A DNA stretch of 54,588 nucleotides from Gammaproteobacteria bacterium (GCA_050116575.1 JASFOJ010000014.1:1-54588); one strand, 5' to 3'; positions 20,637-30,896 are shown, counted from the stretch's first letter. The notes: generated by a model from the sequence alone, not told the origin. Numbers and translations are program-made.

Positions 20637-21412
20637 GGGTGGGGTATCGTCAGCCGTTGGCCCACTGGATCAACACTCATCCGGCGCAACTCAATTGCCT
20701 GGAAATCACCGCAGAACATTTTTTTGATGATGCGTCAAAACTGGCGGCATTAGGGTCATATTATGATTTATTCGTCCACGGTTTGGGTCTATCGCTGGGC
20801 ACACCCGGTCCACTTGACAAGTCGTATTTAGATCGCTTTAAGACGGTCTGTGAGATAGCCCAGCCATTGTGGATAAGTGAACACATTGCGTTTACGCGAG
20901 CGGCTGACATCGATCTCGGTCATCTTAACCCGATACCCTACACACCGGATACACTGGCTTACTTTGTCGAACACGCCCTGGAACTCAAGGCACATTGCCA
21001 ACGGCCACTGCTACTGGAGAACGTCACCTCGCACATCGCAATCCCCAGCCCGTTATCGGAGACCGCTTTTATCAATGCGCTATGTCAACAGGCCGGCTGT
21101 GGCTTATTGCTCGATGTCACCAATTTACTGGTGAATAGCCGCAATCATGGCTATTCGCCTACGCAGTGGTTACGGGAAATCCATCCAGATTTCATCAAGC
21201 AATTGCATATTGTTGGATATAGCCAAAGCAATGGTACCTTTTTTGACTCTCATGCGAACAATATTCAACAGGACCTGTATCAACTAACCCGGCAGGTCAT
21301 TGATTACTCACAGGTGGATTCCATCATTATTGAACGTGACCATAACTTTCCATCTACTCTACAGCTGGAACAGGAACTTGCTAACCTGGAGCGTTGTTTT
21401 GACATCCATTGA
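20624..21412 (+). CDS. DUF692 / multinuclear non-heme iron oxidase (MNIO, MbnB/TglH family)
   Basis: GVGYRQPLAHWI (GlGlR motif), EHIAFTR...DLGHLNPIPYT, LLENVTSHI, GCGLLLDVTNLLVNSRNHGY and IVGYSQ all match the DUF692 TIM-barrel family; the ORF-track start at 20570 is trimmed to the Met just before the GlGlR motif. Confidence 0.88.
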   Translation: MRRLGVGYRQPLAHWINTHPAQLNCLEITAEHFFDDASKLAALGSYYDLFVHGLGLSLGTPGPLDKSYLDRFKTVCEIAQPLWISEHIAFTRAADIDLGHLNPIPYTPDTLAYFVEHALELKAHCQRPLLLENVTSHIAIPSPLSETAFINALCQQAGCGLLLDVTNLLVNSRNHGYSPTQWLREIHPDFIKQLHIVGYSQSNGTFFDSHANNIQQDLYQLTRQVIDYSQVDSIIIERDHNFPSTLQLEQELANLERCFDIH

Positions 21413-21920
21413 CTTTGTGACCGCCCTGGCAAAACTGCTGTCTCAGCCTGAACTGCAAAGGCTTTTTACCCAGGCACCGGAACAAGTAGCCGACAGGTTA
21501 AACCTCCTGGATGAACATCGCGCCCTGTTTGTCGCGTTGGTCCCCGAACAAGTCACCGCCCAGGCAAACCTGCTAACCACAAAAAGGTTAAAGGAAGCCC
21601 GGCGGCTTTTACCACAGACCTTTAAGCTGCTCGGCTCCAATGGGACAGCGTATTTCAATTCGTATGCGAGCACGTATTGGCCCCAAAGCCACCGGCGCCA
21701 CCTCGAAGATGCCGTTGAATTTTGCACCTACTTGAATAGCCACCACTACCCGGTCAACCATGGCGAAATAAATTACCTGAAATTTTTGATGAGCAGGCGC
21801 CGCGTTGGCCTGGCGTTGGCTAAAGACGCGATGGTCCAGGCATACCATTTTCCCGCCATACAGTTGTTTTACCGATACAAGGGAACAATGGGACAATGGC
21901 GCCTGTACTTGAAGGGATAA
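21396..21920 (+). CDS. MNIO partner protein candidate (DUF2063/RRE-like?); start TTG/GTG near 21396-21414
   Basis: About 170 aa; immediately downstream of and overlapping the MNIO gene, in the position of MbnC/TglI/BufC-type partners. Its sequence similarity to those families cannot be verified by eye. Confidence 0.45.
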   Translation, partial: VLTSIDFVTALAKLLSQPELQRLFTQAPEQVADRLNLLDEHRALFVALVPEQVTAQANLLTTKRLKEARRLLPQTFKLLGSNGTAYFNSYASTYWPQSHRRHLEDAVEFCTYLNSHHYPVNHGEINYLKFLMSRRRVGLALAKDAMVQAYHFPAIQLFYRYKGTMGQWRLYLKG

Positions 21921-22077
21921 GAATGTTGCGGCGGATATGACACCAATATCAAACACAACGCGTTATGACGTTCGGGTAATTTTTACCCGACTAAGATATA
22001 CCCACAAAGGCCGATAGAAAAACAATCTATGCCGCACTGCAAGACCTGACCGCATCTCTTCGCGATCCGATCGTTGA

Positions 22078-22782
22078 TCACCGTACGCTATACCCTCTTC
22101 CTTCCAGACAGGCTTTCATGGCGCGTTGATAGTCTTCCCGCAGCTGGGTTAGTTCCTGGACCGGCAAATTGCCGGGTGGCTGTGTAGGATCATAGCCGGA
22201 CTGATCTACTCCCCATTTGTGACAGGCATAACGATCGTCCGCCTGTTGTTGTTGGCTTTGGCCCTGTTTAGGATAGATAAACAATTCATCAGCCATATAT
22301 TCCGGCGTTATCTGGCTTTCTTCGGGGGGTGGTGATGTGACTTGATAACCATTAAGATCCGGCCGCCACATATAATAAACGTCATTGGCATAATAGTACG
22401 GCGTTCCGTGCAACCAGATCGTTGTGTAAAACGGCGGCAACATGGGTACCACTATACCCAGGGGCGGCCGCACGACCACATAGCTTGGTCCTGAGGGGAG
22501 GTACCATACGCCACTAATATAAAAGTAACTTTTGTTACGATAATGTATTGGACGACGCCGTTCGGGCAATACTTTCACCTTATGGCCGCTACGCGGATAG
22601 CGTCGGTCATGATGGTAACGCTTATCCAGCTTATAATGTGGATGAGATTTTTGCCGATGTTCATTGCGGTCACCCCTGTCACGCCGGTCCCGGTCACCGC
22701 GATCAGCGGAGGCTGTAACAGATACGCCAACCATCGCAAAGGCCAAAAATAAAACCGCTGGTTTTAGAAAATTTTTTTTCAT
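22078..22782 (-). CDS. Secreted protein with basic repeat region and conserved C-terminal CHxWG...DP...YQRAMxACLEGRGYxVR domain
   Basis: Sec signal peptide; the C-terminal ~55 aa are shared with the adjacent paralog. Confidence 0.55.
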   Translation of the reverse strand: MKKNFLKPAVLFLAFAMVGVSVTASADRGDRDRRDRGDRNEHRQKSHPHYKLDKRYHHDRRYPRSGHKVKVLPERRRPIHYRNKSYFYISGVWYLPSGPSYVVVRPPLGIVVPMLPPFYTTIWLHGTPYYYANDVYYMWRPDLNGYQVTSPPPEESQITPEYMADELFIYPKQGQSQQQQADDRYACHKWGVDQSGYDPTQPPGNLPVQELTQLREDYQRAMKACLEGRGYSVR

Positions 22783-22839
22783 CGCCGGATGTCCTTAAAT
22801 TGCTGAATACCACCAATCCAGTTATTCGAAAACACTATT

Positions 22840-23436
22840 TTATCGAACCGTATACCCACGGCCTTCCAGGCACGCTGTCATAGCGCGCTGATAATCTCGC
22901 GATTGTTTTTCCAACCGGGCATAGCGTTGGGCGTCCTTGGCATCGTAGTGCTGCTGAATCTGTTCCGCTTGCTGCTGGCGTGCCGCATCAGATGCCGCGC
23001 CCAGCATCGCGCCAGTAAGCGCACCAAACACCATGCCGAATCCTCGATCGTGACGAGATGACATCATGGATCCCACGATAGCGCCGCCAACCGCACCCGC
23101 TGCGGCGTCGGACCCAGGTGGCGCCACAGGTGTCACTTCAACACGTTGGTGCGGTGCCAGTTGCGCCTGACCGGGATCAAAACCGGATTGTTTAACCGCC
23201 CATAAATAACACTCGTACCGATCCCGTTCCTGTTGCGCTTCGGATTGGCCTTTGGTGGGATAAAAATAAACCACCGTACTGGGCAATGGCGGGTTGGGGG
23301 CAGGACGTTGCTTAACCATATATCCGGGGGGTGCACAACCAACCAGGGAAACACCGAAGATAGCAACAACAAAAAACAACCATAGCGAGGTCAATTGTGA
23401 CCTGCTCCAATGACTGCTATTTACCGACTCATTGTT
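22840..23436 (-). CDS. Lipoprotein with glycine-zipper segment and the same C-terminal domain as the 22078 gene
   Basis: Lipobox LVGC; a GAVGGAIVGSMM glycine zipper; the C-terminus ERDRYECYLWAVKQSGFDP...YQRAMTACLEGRGYTVR is paralogous to the neighbouring gene. Confidence 0.55.
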   Translation of the reverse strand, partial: NNESVNSSHWSRSQLTSLWLFFVVAIFGVSLVGCAPPGYMVKQRPAPNPPLPSTVVYFYPTKGQSEAQQERDRYECYLWAVKQSGFDPGQAQLAPHQRVEVTPVAPPGSDAAAGAVGGAIVGSMMSSRHDRGFGMVFGALTGAMLGAASDAARQQQAEQIQQHYDAKDAQRYARLEKQSRDYQRAMTACLEGRGYTVR

Positions 23437-23805
23437 CATTGAAATAATTTCCATTGAATGATACGACCATATTGGTGATACAGTATTAACGTTAGTGCCT
23501 ACTATTTCCGTCGGAACAAATACGATATTCTCAACTGCAAATAATCAACCTTGCTATCGATTAACCAGTCAATAATATATTTTTATAGTGCTCGATTAAA
23601 AAATTATATAATCGACACCGGTAATTGCCATGATTAAGATCAAATGACCGAAGAATGGGTTTCGCGTCATGTTCACATCTATACCGTGTATTGACACCCA
23701 GCTTGTGCCACGGACGAATTAATGGATAATTGATTGGACCTTAACTGACCCCAGATATTCGTTGAAATACTGGACCCTGTTTTCTACCTAGTATTATTCT
23801 AATTT

Positions 23806-24285
23806 TTATCCAGTTTTGTTGGGTGGAACGTCGCGACGGTAAGATTGTAACAGAAATCCCAGCAGATCATGTTGTACGGCACATAACAGGATGGGATAAA
23901 TACCGACAAATGGTAGATAGCGCAAGACCAGGGAGTCCATGTTGTGAAACATCACTCCTATAACGATACAAACCGACCCGATGAAGAAACATTCCAGTTG
24001 GGCCGCAACGCCAAGCGCCTGATTTAACCGCGGTCCCCGCGACGTCCTAAGCAATTTAAAGAATGGATCGCTGCCCATCAAACCCGTCACAATCGAATAT
24101 AGGGAAAGGACCGAGAAGACTACCTGCCAAAATACTGAAAGTGCCGGCTCTGTCAAAACGGTTACAGCAAGTAAGACGCTAATTACCAGTCTCACTAGCC
24201 GCAGGGATATGGGTAATAAATTTGAGAAATCGGTGTATGGCACAGAATTCATTTTAGCCTCCTGCATAACAATTTCTGAGCTCAA
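23806..24285 (-). CDS. Small multi-TM membrane protein (hypothetical)
   Basis: 159 aa with 3-4 hydrophobic helices. Confidence 0.5.
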   Translation of the reverse strand: MSSEIVMQEAKMNSVPYTDFSNLLPISLRLVRLVISVLLAVTVLTEPALSVFWQVVFSVLSLYSIVTGLMGSDPFFKLLRTSRGPRLNQALGVAAQLECFFIGSVCIVIGVMFHNMDSLVLRYLPFVGIYPILLCAVQHDLLGFLLQSYRRDVPPNKTG

Positions 24286-24308
24286 GAACAGTAACCGCTA
24301 TATGATTA

Positions 24309-24370
24309 GCTTAGGAGATTCCTATTCATTACCTCTTACCATTTTCTTAACGCAGGCTTAAGCGGAAGAC
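24309..24370. repeat. Second repeat family, copy R5 (…attttcttaacgcaggcttaagcgga…)
   Basis: Near-identical ~55 bp also occur at 42931-42990. Confidence 0.45.
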
Positions 24371-24747
24371 TCGAAGGAAAAGCGGGCCCCGAAACACTTA
24401 TTAGACTGGCGTAACGTGTTGGTGTGCGTTTACGCAACAATAAAAAAATTCACCGTCTGCCATTAGCGTTTATCCTTGATCACTGTTCTTAAGCCCAGCA
24501 TTTTGCGACAAAAAACCAATTTGAGAACGAATATTGCGAACTGCCGGAGATTATTCCTTAAATAACCAACAATTTATGTTGGTCTTAGCAATGCTTGCTT
24601 GGTTCGGTTGTACCGCTGTTTGCAAAACACCGACTCCGAGCTTTGTAACCACTCTATCAATAACTGAGAAATGCGCAGCGGATCACTATATATCTGGACA
24701 CACAAATAGGGTAATCTTGCCTCCCTTTGGCTGTGAGATCACATATA

Positions 24748-25017
24748 ATGAGCGCAAAAGGCACCTACAGCGACCCGGAATTGATGACCAAATTGACCAC
24801 CTTTCGAATGCCTTTTGGCAAGCATTCAAAATCGCTACTTACTGATCTGCCGTTGGTGTATTTGCAATGGTTTTGCAAACATGGCTACCCAAAGGGGGAA
24901 TTAGGTCAGTTGTTGCGCATTGTTTTTGATATTAAGTCGGGTGGCATGGAACATTTACTTGACAATATCCGCGTCCGTCAGACAACCCAGATGACTGATA
25001 CTAATAACTTTAGATAA
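24748..25017 (+). CDS. DUF3820-family small protein
   Basis: MPFGKHSKSLLTDLPLVYLQWFCKHGYP matches the DUF3820 consensus (MPFGKYKG..L.ELP..YL.W); the competing ORF 24534-24845 in another frame is rejected. Confidence 0.55.
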   Translation: MSAKGTYSDPELMTKLTTFRMPFGKHSKSLLTDLPLVYLQWFCKHGYPKGELGQLLRIVFDIKSGGMEHLLDNIRVRQTTQMTDTNNFR

Positions 25018-25177
25018 ATAAATAATTTATATAGCATTGTGGACCTATTGTTACTCTGGCATCGGACGCTATACAAAGCATTAATCTATCCGTTTATCGG
25101 TTCGGTGGCATTTAATTGGCCAGTCTTAACCTGAATAAATAAATTTTCCTCGGTCCTATAGCATTATTCGATCCTGG

Positions 25178-25633
25178 ATGATATACGTCTATTTTGTATC
25201 TATACACGAGGAAGCAACTAACGTGGACAGTATCAGCAACATCAAAATTACAGGAATTGATGAAACGCGGCCGCCAGTCATCAGAAAACAGCCGTATATC
25301 GACATTTTTTTTAAGTTATCCCATCAGGCGCCCGTGGACTGGTGCAAAGATTTTAATGCGTTGCTGGCAAAACACCCCACCGTCCCCAGAATCAAGGAAA
25401 AAGACGGCCTGTTTATTGAGGCATGGGTGAGAAAGCCGGATGAAGTTGTTGAATTGCTTAACAAACTAAAAGAAACCGTTGCAGAGTGCAACCGCCGCTA
25501 TATCGAGCGCATTGAACTTTCGACACGGAATATGAACGACGCCAATGCATTGGTGGCACAACAAGGGGGTGGCGAGCAAGGGCGTCTTAACGAAATTATC
25601 GCCTCGCTGAATTTTGATGATGCCGATGTATAA
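25178..25633 (+). CDS. Hypothetical protein
   Basis: 151-aa ORF with no recognised domain; its start is uncertain (a GTG at VDSISNIK is possible). Confidence 0.4.
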   Translation: MIYVYFVSIHEEATNVDSISNIKITGIDETRPPVIRKQPYIDIFFKLSHQAPVDWCKDFNALLAKHPTVPRIKEKDGLFIEAWVRKPDEVVELLNKLKETVAECNRRYIERIELSTRNMNDANALVAQQGGGEQGRLNEIIASLNFDDADV

Positions 25634-25800
25634 AGAAATAAATTATCTTCAGGAGAACCCTTCCACTTAGATCGCCTTTCGACGCAACAACCATGACTTC
25701 GCTTTATTTGAGAGGCCCGGAACGATTGACTCGGGCCACTCGCATAAATAGCAATACTACAAAGGACCGATGAACCAAAACATCAAAATCCCGCTCCTGG

Positions 25801-25915
25801 TTTCTTAAACGCACCTTTTTGATACCAAAAAAGACAGTTTAAGGACGAGATTTGTCTTTTATTTTGGCGGTTTATGCTTTTAATCAATAAGTTGCATCGG
25901 TCCGGGGCCCACAGT
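25801..25915. repeat. Dispersed ~120-bp intergenic repeat, copy R2
   Basis: Alignment to R1/R3 (tttcttaaacgcacctttttgataccaaaaaag...ttttattttggcggtttatgcttttaatcaataag...ggtccggggcccac). Confidence 0.6.
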
Positions 25916-25926
25916 TCGATTGCATC

Positions 25927-27093
25927 TCAGCGATCGACCCATGCCAACCAACGACGCAACGGATTGGGTCGTCTGCGATGCACTGTGCCACGCCGGGCCA
26001 CCACATGGTAGGCTTGCAGCATGTCGGGAAAAGCCTCAGCCCCACCCCATAAATATAACTGATAGATACGGAACAACTTCTCGCCCCATCGGGCGACAAT
26101 CATATCCTTGTTTTCCTCCAGGCGTTCAGCCCAGAGATACATGGTGCGACTATAGTGCGCACTTTCGTTTTCCACCTCCAACACTTCCAGGCCTTGATAT
26201 AACAACTCCCTGATGAGATCCTGCAGACATAAATAGGTGTGCGTCCCGGGCCAGATATATTTGCGCGCAAACGGACTCACATCGAACTTTTCAACCGTGG
26301 CCGAGGCGTCCAGGTATAACAACCCCCCTGGCTTAAGGCACTTCCAAACTTGCTCACTGAACTTACGATAATTCATGATATGTTCGATCACGCCAAGAAT
26401 CACAATAGCATCGTAGGGTTCTTCTGGCGTATGCTGTAGAAAATCCTCTTTTATTACCTGGCACGGCAGATTCTGTTCCCGGATCATTTTGTTAATAAAC
26501 CACTGCGCATGGTCACGAATATCGAGAGCGGTTACGTGCACCCCACGACTCCCGCAATATTGTTCCACAGTACCCCATCCCGCACCGATATCGAGGAGAC
26601 GCATACCGGATTTCAGGTTGAGCTTATTGAACATATTTTCTACCTTGTGCTCCGTTCCCTCTTCAAGAGTTTCGTTTTTATGGTGGTAGATACCATGAGA
26701 ATAACAACGGTATTTCCTGTCTAAAAAGGACAAATAAAAATCGTCGTCATGATGATAGTGCCCCCCAACTGCCGTTCGATTAACAACTGTCTCAGGCTTC
26801 AGTAAGTCGAAAAGGAATTTTAACCAGACTCTAAAGGGAAGACGGCCACGAATAAGCCGCCGTAACTTCAGCACTTCGCGAATATCGCCTTCTATGTCGA
26901 TCTCGCCATTGATATACGCTTCGGCAAAACTCATTTCGTCGAGTGCCCGAGCAAGGATTCGGTTATCATGAAATTTAATGCGTACATACGGTGTATCGCC
27001 AAAATGATAACAGGTGCCGCCAGGCAATTCGATCTGACAGTTTACGCCGCTTCCATCAACGATACTTCTTATCCATTCGACAGTTGCAGACAT
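25927..27093 (-). CDS. Class I SAM-dependent methyltransferase of the cyclopropane-fatty-acyl-phospholipid synthase family
   Basis: LLDIGAGWG SAM-binding motif and LKPGGLLYLD; start taken at MSATVEWI, which is preceded by GAGGGAGA. Confidence 0.8.
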   Translation of the reverse strand: MSATVEWIRSIVDGSGVNCQIELPGGTCYHFGDTPYVRIKFHDNRILARALDEMSFAEAYINGEIDIEGDIREVLKLRRLIRGRLPFRVWLKFLFDLLKPETVVNRTAVGGHYHHDDDFYLSFLDRKYRCYSHGIYHHKNETLEEGTEHKVENMFNKLNLKSGMRLLDIGAGWGTVEQYCGSRGVHVTALDIRDHAQWFINKMIREQNLPCQVIKEDFLQHTPEEPYDAIVILGVIEHIMNYRKFSEQVWKCLKPGGLLYLDASATVEKFDVSPFARKYIWPGTHTYLCLQDLIRELLYQGLEVLEVENESAHYSRTMYLWAERLEENKDMIVARWGEKLFRIYQLYLWGGAEAFPDMLQAYHVVARRGTVHRRRPNPLRRWLAWVDR

Positions 27094-27654
27094 TGTTCTT
27101 GTCTCCCTCGTTATTTTTGCATTCATTCCGCCCCTGAAGGCCAACCACGAAATCCACGGAGGAAAGGGAGCCATCTAAGCGACAGTCTGGCTAGTAGATG
27201 ACGCGACAACGCCGGCAACACTAGCAGGGGGCGGAACTGTCATTTTATTTCAGCTGGGATTTTACTATTTTACCCAATCATTGGGAATCCTGCCACATTC
27301 GAGGGGCATCCCTCCCACCGGCAACTATGCACTGCGTATGGGCACGTCGAACAAGGAGACTATTTGATAACCTGCCATTCGAACAGCGCGAAATTAGCGG
27401 TTAACGGGTCTACCATTGAATTTTGGTGGTAACAGATGCTCCAGCAGTCAATAGCAGGGGTTTTTGACAAGGGTGTGTATATAAAAGATCAAGTCTGTAC
27501 TTTTACAATCTAATTTGGCTTCAATAATAGTAAGTACAGAATTGACCCTTCGCGCGAACCAAAAACGAAGGGGATGAGGCCATCGATTTTTCACCGGAAC
27601 AGTTAACCAAAAAATCCTTTATCGAAATACTTCAGGCGTCTGGCTAATACGTTA

Positions 27655-29094
27655 TTATCCCGCCGCAACATAAGCAGCGATGCGAAACCCTTCCTTACTG
27701 GCCCAGAGACGAATCACTTGCATCTCCGGCTTGGCGGCCAAGCGGTTGCGTAGGCCCCGCACCTGACGGATGGTTTTTGTACGCAAATGTAATTCGATGG
27801 TCAGGCGCTTTTCCAGTTCGTAACTTGTTTGTAAATCCATGGTCCAGATTGACGTATGACCTGCCAGACAAGAGTGGGCGTAGGTCGCCACACAATGCTG
27901 TAGCGTTCGTCCTTCGGCAATGAGCTCTTTACTGTTCAGTAATTCTCGAATCGTCCACACTTTCATATTTCGGCTTTGCGCTTTTCCTTCCACATAACGA
28001 AAGTCGGCGTACTTGGATTTCATCCATTGAGCGTGTCCACCGCGCGATTCTTTACCCAGACGGCGGTGCCAGGCATCGACCTGGCGCAGTAATGTGTCGG
28101 GTGTACGACCGCGCATCGAGAAGTTCGGCTGTAGCGGTGGATCTTCACGCGCGACCCCGCGATCGATAAATACAATTTGAGGTTCATATTTCTGGTGCCA
28201 AATATAGTCGATGATGGGTCCGTAATGTCGCGTATCGAGCAGTGGATTGTCCACAAAGAACCGCAGGACACTGAGCCAGAAGTCTTCATCGTTGAATTGT
28301 CGCGCCATGCGCGTTTCCGCCACGGCATCGGCCGCAGCCTTATTCCCTCCCAACGCATGGATTTGTGCCCACCGAAATGCCGCGTTCACTGAATAGTGCC
28401 CTGAGGCCTGTAAAAAATGATTGGCCATTTTTTTGGTCAGTGTTATGGGTAAATGCGGCGCGGTACGGATATTGTGACCCATCCCAATATGGATAAACCA
28501 TCCTTTGGCTTTGCCACTGCCATGCTGCCAGACTTTATCCATAAAGGCCGGCACCGGGTACTTGGCAAACAAATGCCTGGCCAGTGAAGCGAACTGTCGC
28601 TCAGCGTTGCGAGAGTGGGGTTGCCAGTCGGCAAAAGGCCGAATCCACTTACTATAATGAAACACAAAACTGATAATGCCTTTTACGTAGTCAACATGCG
28701 AAAGCAGCTTTGACTTTTCTTCCAACTGGCACAACACATCGCACAACAGGCGCCGATTTTGTGTTTTACGGAAACCATTGCCAATGGTATGCAATACGTC
28801 ACTTTGTAAACCTGCGTATCGAATTTCTTGCGAATAAAGTTTTTTGATATAAAACTGAAGGTTACTTTCACGCTTGTGACGCTTGAGCATCCGCATCGCA
28901 ACGTTTCGCGTGTATTGCTGGTACTCGCACTCAAGTTCCCGTTGGGTCTTGTTTAACCGTGTACTGAATCCCTGTTGCTCACACCATTGTTGATATGCTT
29001 CAATCGACGGCAAATGCAGGCGATGCGCAAACGCCAGGATCGTCTCGCGACGATCCTGTTTATAGGAGGCTGCATTTTTCTGTTTACGTGCCAT
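27655..29094 (-). CDS. Hypothetical 479-aa protein in the rtcB-arfB operon
   Basis: A large ORF immediately downstream of arfB on the same strand; no domain recognisable by eye. Confidence 0.6.
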   Translation of the reverse strand: MARKQKNAASYKQDRRETILAFAHRLHLPSIEAYQQWCEQQGFSTRLNKTQRELECEYQQYTRNVAMRMLKRHKRESNLQFYIKKLYSQEIRYAGLQSDVLHTIGNGFRKTQNRRLLCDVLCQLEEKSKLLSHVDYVKGIISFVFHYSKWIRPFADWQPHSRNAERQFASLARHLFAKYPVPAFMDKVWQHGSGKAKGWFIHIGMGHNIRTAPHLPITLTKKMANHFLQASGHYSVNAAFRWAQIHALGGNKAAADAVAETRMARQFNDEDFWLSVLRFFVDNPLLDTRHYGPIIDYIWHQKYEPQIVFIDRGVAREDPPLQPNFSMRGRTPDTLLRQVDAWHRRLGKESRGGHAQWMKSKYADFRYVEGKAQSRNMKVWTIRELLNSKELIAEGRTLQHCVATYAHSCLAGHTSIWTMDLQTSYELEKRLTIELHLRTKTIRQVRGLRNRLAAKPEMQVIRLWASKEGFRIAAYVAAG

Positions 29095-29130
29095 GCTGTT
29101 TTCCGACCTTTTCCCGGTGCTTTTTTCGCA

Positions 29131-29571
29131 TTACTCTTGACCGGGGTGTACTTTACGACGTTGCGCCTTACGTTCACTGTTCCGACGTTTTTGTTCCAGG
29201 CGGTCATTATTCTCCGCAAATGAACGTTTTCGTTTCAGCCGAGGCTTGCGGCGCTCTGCGGCTTTACAAATCAACTCGCACAGACGCTCGATCACTTCAC
29301 GCTTATTGCGTGCCTGTGACCGATGACGTCGTGCGGTAATAACAAGTTGGTAGTCGTTGTTGACCCGTGATCCGCCCAACTGAATCAAACGCTGTTGCAC
29401 GGTATACGGCAATGAGGGAGATTGAATAATATCAAAACGCAATTGGACAGCCGTCTGGTTCTTATTGACGTGCTGGCCACCCGGGCCGGATGCGGTCAGG
29501 GCCTTAAAGTTCAGCTCCTCATCGTCGATCACGATGGAATCGGTAACGTGTACGGGGTTTCCCATGTTCAT
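29131..29571 (-). CDS. arfB: Peptidyl-tRNA hydrolase ArfB (alternative ribosome rescue factor B)
   Basis: A GGQ motif (SGPGGQHVNKNQTAVQLRFDI) and a basic C-terminal tail; ~140-aa size typical of ArfB/YaeJ. Confidence 0.8.
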   Translation of the reverse strand: MNMGNPVHVTDSIVIDDEELNFKALTASGPGGQHVNKNQTAVQLRFDIIQSPSLPYTVQQRLIQLGGSRVNNDYQLVITARRHRSQARNKREVIERLCELICKAAERRKPRLKRKRSFAENNDRLEQKRRNSERKAQRRKVHPGQE

Positions 29572-29661
29572 GTCCTCGGTAAATTTTCATTGTTAACTCG
29601 GTTCTATATTCGAAATAGAGTGCATTCATCGCTGTTCTCCTTTTCTGTTTTGTTTCGTTAA

Positions 29662-30858
29662 TTAACCTTTGACACACACGATTTGTTTCAACGTGTGCAC
29701 CACGTCCACCAGATCGCTCTGGTTTTCCATGACCACATCGATATCCTTATAAGCGGCCGGTATTTCATCCACCACGGCGGTGTCCTTGCGGCATTCAATC
29801 CCTTGCGTTTGGGATTCCATGTCTTCGGCACTAAATTGCTTTCTCGCTTTGGTTCGGCTCATACGGCGGCCGGCGCCATGAGAGCAGGAACAAAACGACT
29901 GGGCATTGCCTTTACCGCGGACGATATAGGATTTCGCACCCATGCTACCGGGAATTATCCCTAACTCACCCTCTCCCGCTCGGATCGCCCCTTTACGGGT
30001 CACGAACACTTGGGCGTCAAAGTGATTCTCAATCGCCACGTAGTTGTGATGACAATTGATCGCTTCCTTGGTCACGCCAAAGTGGTTCAATTCCTTGCGC
30101 AGCATCTCAAAAATGAAGTGCATCATTTCCCGGCGGTTAACCATGGCATAGTCCTGCGCCCAGTGCACTGCATCAACGTAATCATCAAAATTCTGGGCGC
30201 CTTCCTCGAAATAGGCCAGGTCTTTGTCCGGCAAGTTCACGATATGCTGGCGCATATCTTTTTTCGCCAGATCGATAAAGTAACGACCGATGGCGTTCCC
30301 AATCCCACGGCTACCGGAATGCAACATCACCCACACATCCTGATTTTCGTCCAGACACAACTCGATGAAGTGGTTACCACCACCCAATGTCGCGATCTGG
30401 CGCACCCAGGTTTGATAGGGCTTCTTTTGTAAATTGGCAATCTTGGGGTGTTTGTCCAAAATCTTATCCAATCCCGGCGCCAGGCCACGAATAGTGGAAT
30501 TACGCGCCCTGTCGGTTTTATGCATGTCAAACCCCACGGGTATGGTTTTCTCGATCAGCGATCGAATACGGCGCAAGTTGTCCGGCAACTGCTCTGCCTT
30601 GATGGACAGGCGCACCGCGTTCATGCCGCAACCAATATCCACGCCCACCGCCGCAGGGATAACTACCCCTTTGGTAGGAATTACCGAGCCCACCGTGGCC
30701 CCAATGCCGGCATGCACGTCGGGCATCGCCGCGATATGGCTATGAATAAATGGCAATTGAGCAATGTTCGTCAATTGCTGCATGGCCTGGTGTTCCACAT
30801 CATCCGTATAAATTTTTACCGGCACCTTGCCTTTAGTAATGTTTCGTTTTATGGGCAT
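29662..30858 (-). CDS. rtcB: RNA-splicing ligase RtcB
   Basis: GNHFIELC...SCSHGAGR and metal-binding His/Cys motifs of RtcB; 398 aa. Confidence 0.93.
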   Translation of the reverse strand: MPIKRNITKGKVPVKIYTDDVEHQAMQQLTNIAQLPFIHSHIAAMPDVHAGIGATVGSVIPTKGVVIPAAVGVDIGCGMNAVRLSIKAEQLPDNLRRIRSLIEKTIPVGFDMHKTDRARNSTIRGLAPGLDKILDKHPKIANLQKKPYQTWVRQIATLGGGNHFIELCLDENQDVWVMLHSGSRGIGNAIGRYFIDLAKKDMRQHIVNLPDKDLAYFEEGAQNFDDYVDAVHWAQDYAMVNRREMMHFIFEMLRKELNHFGVTKEAINCHHNYVAIENHFDAQVFVTRKGAIRAGEGELGIIPGSMGAKSYIVRGKGNAQSFCSCSHGAGRRMSRTKARKQFSAEDMESQTQGIECRKDTAVVDEIPAAYKDIDVVMENQSDLVDVVHTLKQIVCVKG

Positions 30859-30896
30859 CGCCCTGTCCTCGTCAATCAGTTAATTATTGCAGGCAT

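Noticed and set aside
20533-20727. Alternative-frame ORF across the Cys-tail/MNIO junction (MIIPATAMSTARVAVAAAVAAAAAVAEVV...)
   Set aside because: It is an Ala-rich translation of the GC-rich Cys-codon repeats in another frame. The two annotated frames have motif support.
24534-24845. 103-aa ORF overlapping the DUF3820 gene in another frame
   Set aside because: The DUF3820 reading frame carries a recognisable family motif and the competing frame has none.
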